A DNA stretch of 63,600 nt, filler included, from Reclinomonas americana ATCC 50394 (Eukaryota): NCBI GenBank assembly GCA_048213135.1. It is 3 parts of 3 records of this genome, joined end to end, with 100 filler letters (N's around TTAATTAATTAA, not from the genome) between each part and the next. Parts side by side here need not be neighbours in the genome. Positions count along the whole stretch, not along the records: positions 29,527 to 60,513 come from PS015382.1; positions 60,614 to 63,600 come from PS015389.1; 1 more part is not named here. One strand, 5' to 3'. Position 1 is the stretch's first letter. Each line of letters opens with the position of its first letter. The position numbers were made by a program, and so were the translations under genes. The notes below the pieces were generated by a model. The model was not told the DNA's origin, made no database searches, and was given only the letters and a program-made list of their open reading frames with translations. Positions 48,781 through 63,600 of the stretch are shown here, piece after piece.

Positions 48781-50923
48781 TCATTGCGGAACCTCGGGGT
48801 CCGAGTCATCGCTCTCCGACTCGGCCTTGCCCGACGACTCGCCCTCGTCGGCCTTGGGAGAGGCCGATGGTGGCGGTGGCAGGTACTTGCGTGCCCTCTC
48901 CTCCGCCTCCTCGCTGCCGAGCTCGCTGGGCCAAAAGGCCGCGTGGTGTCGCATCACTTCGCGGATGGTGACAGTGGTGCCCGGCTGTGCCTTCTCGCGC
49001 ACGGTTTCGGCACTCAGTGGCTCCAGGGCGGCCGTCTGGTGCAGCAGCTGGCGCACAGTGGCCTCGGCAGCCGCCGGAATGGCGTCCAGATTGTAACCGC
49101 CCTCCAGTGCAACCACCACGCGACCCTGCAAGTAAGCACGAGTGTGTCAGAATGCAGAAATAGCTGCTCTGTCTCTCTTCGCCTTCCACCTCAACATTCC
49201 ATGCACAATACATGGCAGCTGCTCACTGTGCCGCTCTGGCGCACAGCATCTCTATCTCTTTGCCTTCTGCCCTCAGAACTCGTTTCATGGCAGTCTTCGT
49301 TGTCTTCTCCACCCTTCTCCCGGTCCCCCCTCCCACTTCGCAACTTGCGCCAGAGTGAGCAGTCGGCTGGTCATGTAGGCAAAGCCATTCGGCGTCAGCT
49401 GGAACTTGCCGAGTGGATCACCTGCGGCGGCGTCGAACCCGGCGCTGACCAGCACCAGGTCCGGATCGAAGCGCTCACACACTGGCATAATCACACACTC
49501 GAACGCCGCGGCGTAGTCGGCGTCGCCCTTGCCGAGCTGCGTGAAGGGAATGTTGATGTTGAATCCTTGGCCGGCGCCGGTGCCCGAGTCCGCAATGGCA
49601 CCGGTGCCCGGGTAGAAAAAGTCACCGTACCGATGCAAGCTCACAAACAACACCTGTGTGTGTGTGTGATCCAATGAGAGGTGAACTCCCCCTTGCGCGA
49701 CAACACAAGCCACGCAACATCGTCACGATCCTCGAAACACTTTTCCGTGCCGTTGCCATGATGCACATCCCAGTCGATGATCGCCACACGTCGAGCCAAG
49801 CCCGAGGCGATGGCGTCCTGCGCGGCCACGGCCACATTGTTCAGCATGCAGAATCCCTGCGCCTTGATCGGCTCGCAGTGGTGGCCGGGCGGTCGGATGA
49901 TGGCAAACGCGTTGCTGTACTCGCCTTGCAGCACACGGCGGCTCAATTCCTGCGAGACACACATGCATGAGAGGCAGCCGGCTCTATTGCCGCCGACAAG
50001 ACACCACGCACCACCACACTCCCGCACGCCAGCATGGCCGCCTGGTACGTGTTGGCGCTGTAGAACATGTCGCCGTTGACGCGGAAGCCGAGATGAGCCG
50101 CCAGTCCCGACGCCAAGTCACCACTGCGACGCAGCGACAAGTTGGAGTGAGAGAGGCTCGAAGACCGCAAGCGCCGTCCCTCACGCATTCACCAACAAGA
50201 AAGCAACAACTGTCTCGCTGATGAAGTCCAACCATCACGAAACTCTTCTTCCTCGTCAAACCACGTCGTCGACGACTGCAAGTAATCCACAATCGACGCA
50301 TCGTGCACACGCAGCACCTCCTCGCGCGTGGCCTCGCGCGCCGGCATCCGCTGCATTTGCTCTGCGACAATAATCGTTGAGAGAGAGATTGACAAGCACA
50401 CTCGTTATCAATTGACGTGCGCGCACCCGTCAACCCGCACGCCTTCAACCGCTCATGAATGCGCTCAATGCGCGCCGGGCACTCGGGATGCCGAGGTGGC
50501 CCCTGCACTTGTGTCATGAGATTTACACAAGATAACTGATCGATCTGTGTTTAACGCTCTCTCTCTCTCTGCGTGTGACCCTCTTCCTCTCCTCCAGCGC
50601 ACCTGATGGAGCATCATACGCTCATCGAAGGCGTATCCAGTCGGCAACTGCCAGGCGCGCAAGTCAACATCTTTGCGATCACGATGAAAAACGCGTGCAC
50701 GTGACGATGACAAGGCACAGGCAAAGGAGGAAGACAAGGAGAAGACACGCAGTGGTGGTGGTGGTGGTGAGCGCGAAAGCCGTCCCCAATTGAACATTGG
50801 CACTTTGATGGAGAGAAGAACGATGGTGTTCGAAAAACAAAAACGCGCGCCGAGAGAGCAGGAGAAGGAGAAGAGAGAGAGAGGAGGAAGAGGAACGATG
50901 CGTCACAGAACCTCGCTGCTCAT
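48781..50923 (-). CDS. Class II histone deacetylase (HDA1/HDAC6-like), single catalytic domain
   Basis: HPECPARI; RPPGHHC; GFCMLNNVAVAA; IIDWDVHHGNGT; VSLHRY..FYPGTG; LVSAGFDAAAGDPLG; LEGGYNL. 5' start uncertain. Confidence 0.9.
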
Positions 50924-50991
50924 AAGACCCGAGTTGAAGCAGAGTTGTCTGAGTGCCGATCGACTGACATTTCCCGCTCAAAGACACTTTT

Positions 50992-52511
50992 ATGACCGAC
51001 GGACGCGCAGTTGTCATCGACCTCGGTGCCGGCTGCATCAAGTACGGCTTCTCAGGTTTGTCTCTCCATGTGCACACACTGCATGCGTGTTCTTACGAGT
51101 GTGCGTGACATGGCGCGGCATGTCTTGTGCTTTTGCAGCCTATGAGCTTCCGCGCATCATGCCACACGTGTTCCTCCGCTCCAGCGATCCCTCCACAGTG
51201 CCGTCGCTGTTTGGCGAGGCCGCAGTGGCGAGCAGTGAGGAGGAGCAGATGCAGCGGAGTCTGTGCAGAAGTGTGTGGCGCGGAGGGCGTGTCGAGGACT
51301 TTGGAGCGTTCTGTGAGCTGCTGGAGAATGTGTACAGTGCGGCTCCGGAGCGGTTGGATGTGGCGTTTGAGACGCAGGTGTGTGTGTCTCTCTGTGAGAG
51401 AGAGCAGCATGACATCGCAGTCGGGAATGATGACGATTGTATGTCAGCCGCTGTTTTTGACCGAGTCGGAGCTGTGGGGAAAGCGATCGAAGGACTACCG
51501 AGAGGATCTCACACAGGTGGTGTTTGAGGCGTTGGGAGTGCCGGCGTTCTACACGGCGTCGCATGGAGTCTTGTCGCTGATGGCGGTGGGGCGATCGTTG
51601 GGTGTGTCGGTGGATGTCGGCGAGGAGTCGACGAGAGTCGTGTTTGTGGAGGATGGTGCGCGTGTTTGCGTGTGTGTGTGTGTGTGTGTGTGTGTGCGTC
51701 TGCATGCGTTGTTGTGTTGATGGTGGGGTGCAGGTATAACGCTGCCGTCGACCATTGCGGAGGTGCCGTTTGGGGGGAGGCACATGACGGAGCGCTTGTT
51801 GCAGGCGGTGGGAAGGGATCAGTATTCGACTCTGCGCGGCTGGCATGCCGTCGATGCGTTGAAGAGAGAGGTTTGTCGTCGTTGTCTGTTGTTGCATCCG
51901 ACCGTCGATGCATTGTGCCGACCTTGTCTCCTTTCCACAGCAATGCTCGGTGCCACTCGATTACCTGTCGGCGTTGGAGGCCGCTGGCGACACCGCTGTC
52001 GAGTGCACCGTCGACGGCGCACCCGTGTTTGTGCGCAAGGCGGCCTGCATCGGTTGCGCCGAACCGCTCTTTAGTGCGGAATTGGCGTCGTCGGAGCTCG
52101 GCTGCAACAGTCTGGCGCAGACGATTCTCGACTCGCTGGCCACCCTCGATCAGTTCCAGCGTGCCGATCGACTCACCGAAAAGGAAAAGGAGGTGCGTCT
52201 GTGTGTGTGCTCGCCGTGCAACACACGCGCACTCATGTTCGCCCGCCGCACAGCGAGACTTCCTCGCGAACATTGTGGTCTCTGGTGGCGGCTCGATGCT
52301 CGGCGGATTTGCCGAGCGCCTGCAGGTGGAGCTGGAATCGCTGGCCTCCTCCTCCAAGACGGTGCGTGTTACGGCACCAAGCGATCGGCACGTCGCCGCA
52401 TGGCTCGGTGCCAGCACGTTGGTGGAGTTGCCGGTGTTCCAGTCGTCGTGGTGCGGTCGCGCAGAATACGACGAGTACGGACCACCGCTTGTTAATCGCA
52501 AATGCCAATAG
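50992..52511 (+). CDS. Divergent actin-related protein
   Basis: MTDGRAVVIDLGAGCIKYGFS; PLFLTE; QVVFEALGVPAFY; GVSVDVGEESTRVV; PFGGRHMT; NIVVSGGGSMLGGFAERLQ; AAWLGAS; EYDEYGPPLVNRKC. Confidence 0.88.
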
Positions 52512-52536
52512 AAAAAAGAGAGAACCTACGGATTCT

Positions 52537-53067
52537 TCATACGGCAAGTTGCTGTGGCGTGTGCACATCGTCGCCGCCAACCACCTCTCCTTCTTCGTCC
52601 TCCACCACTCCGGCAGCTAGCTCCTCCTCCAACCCAGTCAGCTCCGCCTCTGCATAGCGGATCTCCTCCAGCACGTCGTTGATGGTGTCGATGGCCTGCG
52701 TAAGCTGCCGCCGCACTTCGCACATGGCCTGATAGCGCTCACGTGACGCCGCCGCCTCTTCCTCGTCCTCCTCCTCCTCCTCTTCTGCTGCCACTCCGTC
52801 GTGATGATGATGGTGGTGATGGTCATCTTCGTCCGCCTCGTGTTCATGCTCGTGATGATGATGACGCGCGGCCAGCTTGCGCGCCTTGGCCTTGTCGGCC
52901 GCCCGACGAGCCTCATCGACGCGCGCCAGCTGATACCGCACTGTCAAGTGCAACTTGTCTCGCTCGCCCTCCTGCAGCGATCGAATCAGATCGGCCAGTG
53001 CGATGCACGACTCGCTGTTGGATAGCCGGAGTGCGGCCTCACACGAGCGGACACCAGCTGGAGGATG

Positions 53068-53111
<44 letters not shown>

Positions 53112-53458
53112 GCATAGAACGAAAGAAAACGCTACTTCTTTCGTTTGTTCNNNNNNNNNNNNNNNNNNNNNNNNNNNNNNNNNNNNNNNNNNNNNNNNNN
53201 NNNNNNNNNNNNNNNNNNNNNNNNNNNNNNNNNNNNNNNNNNNNNNNNNNNNNNNNNNNNNNNNNNNNNNNNNNNNNNNNNNNNNNNNNNNNNNNNNNNN
53301 NNNNNNNNNNNNNNNNNNNNNNNNNNNNNNNNNNNNNNNNNNNNNNNNNNNNNNNNNNNNNNNNNNNNNNNNNNNNNGCGACGTCGTACGACGTACGACG
53401 ACGTACGTACGTACGTCGTACGTACGTACGACGTACGTACGTACGACGACGTACGTAC

Positions 53459-53535
<77 letters not shown>

Positions 53536-53965
53536 GCATGACAGAAAAGCACTCTTCTTTGTTTCTTGTGGACTCACCAGAGCACATGGCAAAGTGCTGT
53601 GTGATGCGACTGCACATGGCCTGGAAGACACTGTCGTGCAGGTGCTCCAAGTACGATCGGAATGCGCTGTGTTGGTGTGTGAGTGAGACAGAGACGTGCA
53701 ACACAAATGATCACACACACACGCACGTGTCAAAGGCCTGATAGGTGACCACGCGACTCTCCTGGAACTGTCGCAAGCGGGCGAGAATGAGGAGAGGAGA
53801 GAGGGAGGAAGCAGCCGCCTGTGTGTACACACATGTGAGTAAGAGACAGAGAGAGTCACTCGCATGCACACACTCTCCCTCTCACACACAAACCTCGTCA
53901 GAGACATCAATCAGAGGCGGCAACTCTGGCAGTGCCGCCTCGGTGAGTTCATGCATGCAAGCCAT
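52537..53965 (-). CDS. REX1-B (required for excision 1-B) domain protein with a His/Glu-rich insert
   Basis: FQESRVVTYQAFD|AFRSYL...CSRITQHFAMCS; LADLIRSLQEGERDKLHLTVRYQ; QLTQAIDTINDVLEEIRY, the REX1B family pattern. Confidence 0.7.
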
Positions 53966-54138
53966 GGCGTGTGGAAGGGCGAAGAACGAGGAATGAAGAA
54001 CAACTGGCGGACAACTCGTCGTAGGACTTTCGTTTGCTAACAAACATCATGTGGCCGTATATTACCGGCGGATAAACAAAGGGATGTGTGTGGTGGATGA
54101 CAGAAGGAGAGCAAGCTCTCCGCGAAAAGGGATTTGGG

Positions 54139-56860
54139 TTATTCGCAGACGATTTCCACGGTCTTGGAGGCGGGTGGCGCTCTCCAGCCGGTGGCCATCC
54201 AGCGACACAGTTCCTGCATGTCGCGCCGACCCTCGGGCGCGTAGCGGAACCACACGTGCCTGGTGGGGGGAGAGCAGAAGGGTGAGGGAGGGCGGAAGGT
54301 CATTGGAGAATGGGGAGAAGAAAGGGGGGCGCACGCACCACACGTGGAACACTGGTGCAAGGCGGAAGAGAGTCGGGAAAATGAGCAAGAGTCAGGAGAA
54401 GACAGCATGGCACATACTCAACTTCCTTGGAAGATCTGTGATGGAGGCGGGTCAGAAGGGATGATAGGGTGAGACAGGACTGCAGCAACACAATCACACT
54501 TGCCTTCAGATGCGAGTTCACGCCGGCCTCCACGGCCCTCTCGTGCAGCTACAAAATAAGTGAGCACAGACACGGGGAGAGGGGCGCCACTCACAAGCAA
54601 TATCGCGGCTCACCATTCTTGAGTCGTCCAGGATCTGTTCGTCGCTTCCCACGTGGATGTACCTGTGGCGAGCCGCGGCGATGAGGCGCCATGCACATTT
54701 CGCTGAGTAATGCACTGGGGATGTGACACGAAACATGGGAGGGAAGCCCTCGTATTTGCCGTACAGGGGCGAGTACAGTGGATTGTATCTTGAATCGTGT
54801 CCTGCATTCACAGGGTCACGCACGTGCAGGCGGCACTCTCCCTCTGTGCCACGAAGCAACGCAACTGATCATCTCATCGATCGGATATCCTGCATGTCGC
54901 GCACAGTCAGCAAAAAGGAAGGCAAACACGGCCGGTACAGCAATAAGCTTCACGTACCGCTTGGGGAATACAATACAGCATCTGCCGACAATCACAAGGA
55001 GGAAATGAGAAAGGGAGGAGAGGGAGAACGAGAGGATGCAGAGGCGGCGAACCGATATCCTTTTTCGTGACGCCAGTCTCCTTGTCGCACGAGATATCGG
55101 TCCAGGGGGCGATCAGAGCCACGCGGCTCGGCAGTCCCAGTGGTGTATTGTCGACGTATTCGATGGAGGCCAGCGAGTCGCGTCTGCCACTCGCAGTGGG
55201 TGCCGGTGCGAAATGTGCTTCAGACAACAATGCAAAACGCAACGAACGAAGTGGCGAGTTCTCCGAGGCACTGCTATTGTTGCTGCCGATGACGTGCACC
55301 TCATGCGGATGGCGCAGTCGCACGCGCGGGTCAATAGCGTGTGATCGGCGCTTAAGTCGACGCTGTACGCGCGAACAAACCTCTCAGAAACATGTTGGAT
55401 GTCGAGGAGGGTACAAAGTGAAGGAAATGTACCTGTATCTCGTGCATCACCAGCAGCGAGAGTCCGCCGCCTGCCGAATCGCCTGCGCAACCGAGGGTTC
55501 AGCCACAAGCGTCACTTTTGTCCACTCACACGCACACATACACACCAAAGAAGACGACATTTTCGGGACGGATCTGCTTCTCGCACAACAGCCATTCGTA
55601 GCAGTCGGCGGAGAAACGCACAATGTCGTGCAAGTACGCCTCTGCAGACGCAAAAAGTGAGGGCATTGGTTGGGAAAAGTTCGTCGCTCCCCCACACACT
55701 GCGCTTTCACGCACCTGGGGCGAGCGGGTACTCGACGGCAAACACCGGGAAGCCCGTTTCCTGAAAGATGAACTCATCTGCACGACGAGTGTCATGCGAG
55801 CGAACCAACAACAGCACCGACAGCAAACGACAAGCACGTAACATAGCTGGCGATACGTCTCCACCGAGCCTACAGCAGCAGGACATTCGAGTGAGCATGC
55901 ACACAAACGGGAGAGAGACAAACGGAGCAGTCTGGCTGTTGATGCGCAACTGAAGCCTGTTGCAATAGTTTTCGAACACAACAGCGCGTGAGAAGAAGCA
56001 CACGACAGTGGAGGTGAGGCAGGCCAAGCACGCAACAATAGGCGCCACCATGCGTGGCAAACACCACCGTCTGATCCGGTCCGAGACGCAGCGGATCTTT
56101 GCCCGACCACACAAACTCGCCATCGACCAGTGCCGCGCCCTCATCGTCGCGAATGAGAACCTTCTCAAAGCGCACATCTACACTCACACGCACAGCGTGA
56201 GAGAAGAAGAAGAAGGGGCGCAAGGAGCAGTGAGAGACAGTGACTGACCGCGACTGCACGGGAAAAGCGCATCAAATCGCCGGAAAGCTCTCCGCTCCTT
56301 CTCCATGTCCTCAGGCGGAGTCTCGCGTCGCGTGCGGTTGCGGTACAGCAGTGACTTGATCGCGAGGAACTCCTCCGTGTGCTGCACTCACACAAACAAA
56401 CAAACAAACACAGTCACGACACATGAGAGAGACAGAGAGAATCAGTGACACACGTGCACGCAGTGTGCTCACCTGGCCAACAACACCAGGCGGTCTTGTC
56501 TTGCCTGCGCGAATCTGACTGCGCTCTCTCTGTGTGCGTGTGAGTGTGTGAGGTGACATTGGTGATAATGCGCAGTCAAAAAAACACACGCTCTCCACGC
56601 AACTCGCAACAGGCACACAAACACAGTGCGCACCAAGAACGCAAACAACCTGNNNNNNNNNNNNNNNNNNNNTGAGAGAGAGAGAGTGAGTGTGAGTGTT
56701 TGTGTGAGAAAGTGTGTGTTTGGTTGTGACAAGCACAACGCAACGACTTGCGAAAGGCGAAACACACAATGACAAAGGCCAGTGAGGTGAGCGCAGTGGG
56801 CCAAATCCACACTGGCACCTCGCGCAGCCACTGCACCATGTCGCTCCACCAGCTCGACAT
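54139..56860 (-). CDS. Alpha/beta hydrolase, hormone-sensitive-lipase (family IV) esterase with an N-terminal TM anchor
   Basis: HGGAY oxyanion motif; VEYPLAP; GDSAGGGL nucleophile; LIAPWTD; VGSDEQILDDS; IFQG|MFHVW catalytic His. Confidence 0.88.
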
Positions 56861-57558
56861 TTGTGTGTGAGTGTGTGCGAGAGAGTGAGAAGCGCGTGCT
56901 GGTTAGGACGTTTTGTGGTTTTTCGACAAGCAAGAAGTCTGAAAATTATCGGAGCCTTCGCGCTAAAAACAGAAAAAGACAGAGGGGCGAGCTCGTCGGC
57001 AGGGTGGTTCCTCCCATGACTGACTTCAAGAAGTGGAGTCGCTTCTGGTGAAACAACAAGGCGGCTTCGAAGTCGAAGAACTTCGATATTCTTCGAATTC
57101 TATGTGCGGCGCTCGATTGCGAGTCAAGTGTGTTCAAGGCTGGCCTAACTGGACGGGGTAGCTAACGTGGAGCTGCTGACAGAACGCACAGCAGTTCAAC
57201 AGTCGAGCTCGGCGTGTCGACAAGCACGAAGTTCGAATTTTGGACAAGATATCGATCTCACTGCACCCCTTGTTGCTCCTCTCGGGAAGATATGGCAATG
57301 AAACAGGAGAATTCTACGTCTAGCGGCACTGTTTGCCACCACCGCAGTCGGGCAGAGGACTTGCAGACTCGTTGGGTTCGAAAACGCGATTGTCCATCCG
57401 CCCTCTCTCGCGCCCTTCTTCCCGACCCTCGGTTGACCATGGGCGGCTGGTAGCCATGAACGGTGGTGTACGTGGAAAAACGAAACAGTCTTCGAAGACA
57501 AGAGGTTACGTGGACTACATTCCAGTGTGACATCCGCACCGAGTTGAACGGGCGCTGA

Positions 57559-59127
57559 TCATGAATCACGTGCCCTGCTGGACCTGAGGAAATAGTTCCT
57601 TACTGCAACAGACGCAAAACCAACTCGAGAACTACCTATCTGACGAAAGAGACCCGTCGACGGGGCGAGCAAATCTGACAGAAGAGCTGCAGTTGCCGAC
57701 TCGTGTTGCGCCGGGCTGTCGTCCCCCCAGTGGCGAAGTTGAAGGGCGCGACGAATAGCTTGTCGAGCATCAGCCAGTGAGATCGAGTCGCTTCGGTCAA
57801 GTGCTGCTTCCGGAACACGTCTTGGCATGCTCGCAGTGGCAGCAGACGCCTCTAGCAAACGGTGGATCAGCGCCTTGGCCCCGATGGCCTGTATCGTGAT
57901 GCCACTTCCGGGAATCAGTCCCCAGGGTCGTAAGCGGTGCTCCAAGTATGCGTCGACGCGCCTCACAGCATCCTGCCTGAAAGCCAGGTCAGCTTGCAAC
58001 TTGGAGATGTCAGGCCTCGCGATCGGCGGCGGAGGAGGTGGGGAAACATCCTCAGAGCGCCCCAGCTCTCGTCGCAGATGCATGAGAAGGTCCAAGTCGC
58101 CACCCACCAGATCGTAGATGGTTTCTATTTCCGAGGAGTCGAAGCTGGAGGCCAGCAGGTCACGGCATTCTTCCAGGGTCCAAGGCGGCCAGTCGAGGAC
58201 GACGATGCGCGGTGAGATATCGCCAGTCCATTTCTCTGGAGCGGACGTCGTGAGTGACTCTGCCACGCGTACGCACCCTGACAGCATCACGAAACGGAGT
58301 GCAATAAGTTGGTCCGCGCTGGTGACGACCAAGACGAAGCGCACGTGCGAAGCAAGGTCCTTGACGAAGGCACCGAATGACGCAAGTGCCTGATGCCCAC
58401 AACAGCAGCAAACATTATCACAAAAGGCAATAGATGCACAGCCTCAAACACATGCATACCTCACGCCCCTCGAGACGATTCACGCCATCAATCACAAACA
58501 CCGGCTTGTGATGCGATTGCTCTGCGAACCGCAGCGCTGCCTGACGGACCAAGTTGAACGTGCCCAACACGCTTGGCGTCTCCGTTGACACGAAGAGATG
58601 GCGCGGAAAATGGAATCGCGGCGCGAACGGGGTGCTGAGTACGTGCGCAAGCTTCCTCTCATCTGCATCCACCACGTCGCGTTCAATGCACGCGCACATT
58701 GATGAGAATGCACGGTCTTCTCACCGTCGATGCGAGCTCCGGCAGAGTCGAGAAACACCACACCGGATTGACCGGCGCAAAGCTCTTTCAGAGTGGTAGT
58801 CTTGCCACTGTACGGGTCGCCGACGACAGCGAACACCGAATCATCGTTGCCGAGTGGTGATTTCGGGTGGAGACAACGCACGATGCGATCCATCTCCACG
58901 GACGCTCGTCGGCACACAGGCCGCACATTGAGTGGGCGCTGCTCGGCTTCACCTCGTTAGACTTGCTTCAGCTTGCGTGCACTGCCTTCCCTCGTGCTCA
59001 CCGGAGAGGAGAAGCCGGCGAGAAATGCGTTTGCGTGCTCCTGATGTTGCTTGTAGAGGCCAAGCAGGCCCACACAACAGACGACTCCGACAGCAGCCAC
59101 AGGCCCCCACGCTTGTTTAAACCACAT
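57559..59127 (-). CDS. N-terminally membrane-anchored P-loop ATPase (AAA_16/ATPase_2-like) with a probable helical/wHTH C-terminus
   Basis: MWFKQAWGPVAAVGVVCCVGLLGLYK; Walker A AVVGDPYSGKTT; Walker B VFVIDGVN; FVLVVTS sensor strand; IYDLVGGDL motif. Confidence 0.65.
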
Positions 59128-59214
59128 GGGAGCACACGAGGGAGAGGGGGAAACGGAGAGGGAAACGGGTGATTTACAGTAAGTGATTGTCCTTGCTCTT
59201 GTCCCACCGCGACC

Positions 59215-59820
59215 ATGTCCTCGGCCGGCAGCGAGCTATCACGCACGACCCTCCCCTGCGGCACCGAGCTGGTGGCCATGGGTGGCTCTCTCCTCGACTT
59301 CCACGGCGACGCAATCGTGAACGCGGCGAATGAGGGCGGAGTGACCGGGTTCGGTATCGACGAGATGATCAACCGCGCCGCCGGCACCGTGGACATCAAG
59401 GCTGCACGACGTGAGTTTGGTGGCATTCGCACAGGCGAGGCCAAGGTCACGCCGAGCTTCGAGCATACGCGAGTCAAGTGGATCATTCACGCGGTGGGGC
59501 CGGTGTTTCGAGCCAATCGAGTGGGTGGCAACGTGGGGGCGGCGGAGGGCGAGGAGCTGTTGGCGCAAGCGTATCGCAGTGCGCTGGCACGCGCGCAGGA
59601 GCTGCAAGTGGGCACGATCGGGTTTTGTTTGCTGAGTGCGGGTGTGTTTCGTGGCGAGAAGCCGCTGGAGGAGGTGGTGCGGGTGGCGTTGCGGGCGATT
59701 GCGGGGGCGGCGTATGCGGAGTTGCGCGAGGTTGTGGTGTACGCGTACACGGCGGAGGAGCAGGAGTTTTTGCGGAAGGAGATGGTGGGGATGGCGGAGC
59801 CGGAGGAGGTGCACTCATGA
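59215..59820 (+). CDS. Macrodomain protein (MacroD/YmdB-like ADP-ribose hydrolase), intronless
   Basis: DAIVNAANEGGVTGFGIDEMINRAAG; TGEAKVT; IIHAVGP; LAQAYRSAL; LSAGVFRG. Single 201-aa ORF. Confidence 0.9.
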   Translation: MSSAGSELSRTTLPCGTELVAMGGSLLDFHGDAIVNAANEGGVTGFGIDEMINRAAGTVDIKAARREFGGIRTGEAKVTPSFEHTRVKWIIHAVGPVFRANRVGGNVGAAEGEELLAQAYRSALARAQELQVGTIGFCLLSAGVFRGEKPLEEVVRVALRAIAGAAYAELREVVVYAYTAEEQEFLRKEMVGMAEPEEVHS

Positions 59821-60431
59821 AACTCAGACTTGTGTTGATCACGCTGGCTGGCCGTGGATATATCGTTGCTCAGTGTCGTATGCCATGCATGACCTGTGAA
59901 TTCTTCATCGCCTCACTTGTCTGAGTCGGTCGGGAAGCGACAAATGGATCGACATGGATCGCAACACAGTGCCAGTCATCATGCACTTGTCTGTTCAACG
60001 CTGTAGCGTCACAGTTCGCCAAAGGCGTTAACGTTGAGCTCTGCATCTCGCTTCCGATCCCTCTCCGAGAGGGATTGCAGCAGCCTGACGAGCGTGCAAA
60101 TCTCGAGGCACCAGAAGCGATGGATGTTCGGATATTGCTTGATGTGCTCGGCGGCGTCTCGCATGTCTCGTATGCGCCTCTCGAGCGCATCGTGATCGTT
60201 GCGGTGATGCTTGCCCCAAGCGCTGAGGCTGCGCCGGCGAGCGGCAACAAATTGCTCTTCGCCAAACAAGTCGGGCAAGTACGTCAGACGAAAGAACCTC
60301 GGCACAGTCCGCCACCGAAGCAGCAGCGATGGGGCACCTCACGATAGTAGGCGCACCACTGGAGGCACCGTCATCCTGTGAGCGAAAGCGAGTTACTCTT
60401 TGACAAGCACATATGTAAGTGCACTTGTGTG

Positions 60432-60472
<41 letters not shown>

Positions 60473-60482
60473 GTTCGTTCGT

Positions 60483-60513
<31 letters not shown>

Positions 60514-60557
60514 NNNNNNNNNNNNNNNNNNNNNNNNNNNNNNNNNNNNNNNNNNNN

Positions 60558-60569
60558 TTAATTAATTAA
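60558..60569. other. Artificial six-frame-stop scaffold linker
   Basis: TTAATTAATTAA centred between two N runs, identical to the linker at 29471. Confidence 0.9.
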
Positions 60570-60693
60570 NNNNNNNNNNNNNNNNNNNNNNNNNNNNNNN
60601 NNNNNNNNNNNNNCGTTCCGTCCGTCGTCTTCCGTTCCGTTCCTTACCTACCGTACCGACCGTTACGTTCGTACGCGCGTCCTCCTCCTCCTA

Positions 60694-60752
<59 letters not shown>

Positions 60753-60793
60753 CCTCGTTCTTGTCTCGTGGCACAATCTCTACTTCTCTCCGC

Positions 60794-60828
<35 letters not shown>

Positions 60829-61007
60829 CCTCACTCCCTGTCTCTCTTTCTTTTGCCTTTTCCTCACCCTATCCATTCGCTCGCTCATGGTCTCATTTGG
60901 GTTTACCACTCTGTTTTCAAGCTCATGGCTCATCCCTGTCCTCTCCCCCTCCTCCCCCTTCTCCCCCTTTCCCGTTTACCCCTTCTCACCGCTTCCCCTT
61001 CTCCCAG

Positions 61008-63090
<2,083 letters not shown>

Positions 63091-63309
63091 TAAACTTGTT
63101 TCTCTTCTCGTCCCTTCCTCTTCTATTTTGTGTTTTTCGTCTCTTTTGTTTGTGGTTGTGATGCTCTTCTTCGTGTATACTGTGATTCACACAGTTCCTC
63201 AAAGTCTGGAGTTATGCTCGCTGCTCTCTATCTATCTATCTATCTGTCTGTCTGTCTGTTTGTCTCCCTCGTTCTCTCACTGAGTGTATCTCTCCCTCCA
63301 TACTGCCGC

Positions 63310-63370
<61 letters not shown>

Positions 63371-63378
63371 GGCTCTCT

Positions 63379-63419
<41 letters not shown>

Positions 63420-63435
63420 CGTCTGTCTGTCTTTT

Positions 63436-63524
<89 letters not shown>

Positions 63525-63600
63525 CTCTCTCGTCTCGTCGTCGTCGTCTCGTCGTCTCGTCGTCTCTCTCGTCGTTCCTCGTACGTCGTACGTACGTCGT

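Noticed and set aside
53378..53462. ACGT-rich quasi-palindromic array (also 60470-60513, 60614-60680, 63519-63600)
   Set aside because: Same read-end artefact next to gaps and (GA)n runs; no repeat-spacer structure, so not a CRISPR array.

Overview
Gene-dense, intron-rich nuclear DNA from a flagellated eukaryotic microbe, in a draft scaffold with N gaps, two artificial TTAATTAATTAA linkers and TACG-type noise at contig ends. About 23 spliced protein genes can be rebuilt by hand: flagellar (dynein LC4-like, IFT54, RIB43A, DRC3), N-glycosylation (ALG6, STT3), VPS29, a class II HDAC, an actin-related protein, REX1-B, TMEM209, a K+ channel, an RNF212/Zip3-like RING protein, a cytochrome P450, a Ras-family GTPase, a ~12 kb MYCBP2-like RING-Cys-relay ligase, an HSL-family esterase, a P-loop ATPase, a macrodomain protein and malic enzyme. 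The main find is a microsatellite-poor island (~15.3-22.4 kb). It encodes an intron-containing OAS/CD-NTase (SMODS)-like nucleotidyltransferase facing away from an intron-containing membrane-anchored SAVED-domain protein with an apparent mitochondrial presequence, i.e. a candidate eukaryotic CBASS-like synthase-receptor pair. The second find is the splicing: 25 donors that I could frame-check read GTTGCG/GTTGAG (a +1-shifted consensus, 24 of them after a non-G), and there are microexons as short as 2-3 nt, including three in a row (3+2+2 nt) that rebuild the conserved GTTHFC motif of the RCR ligase. All gene models and domain calls come from manual translation and motif recognition, not from database searches.
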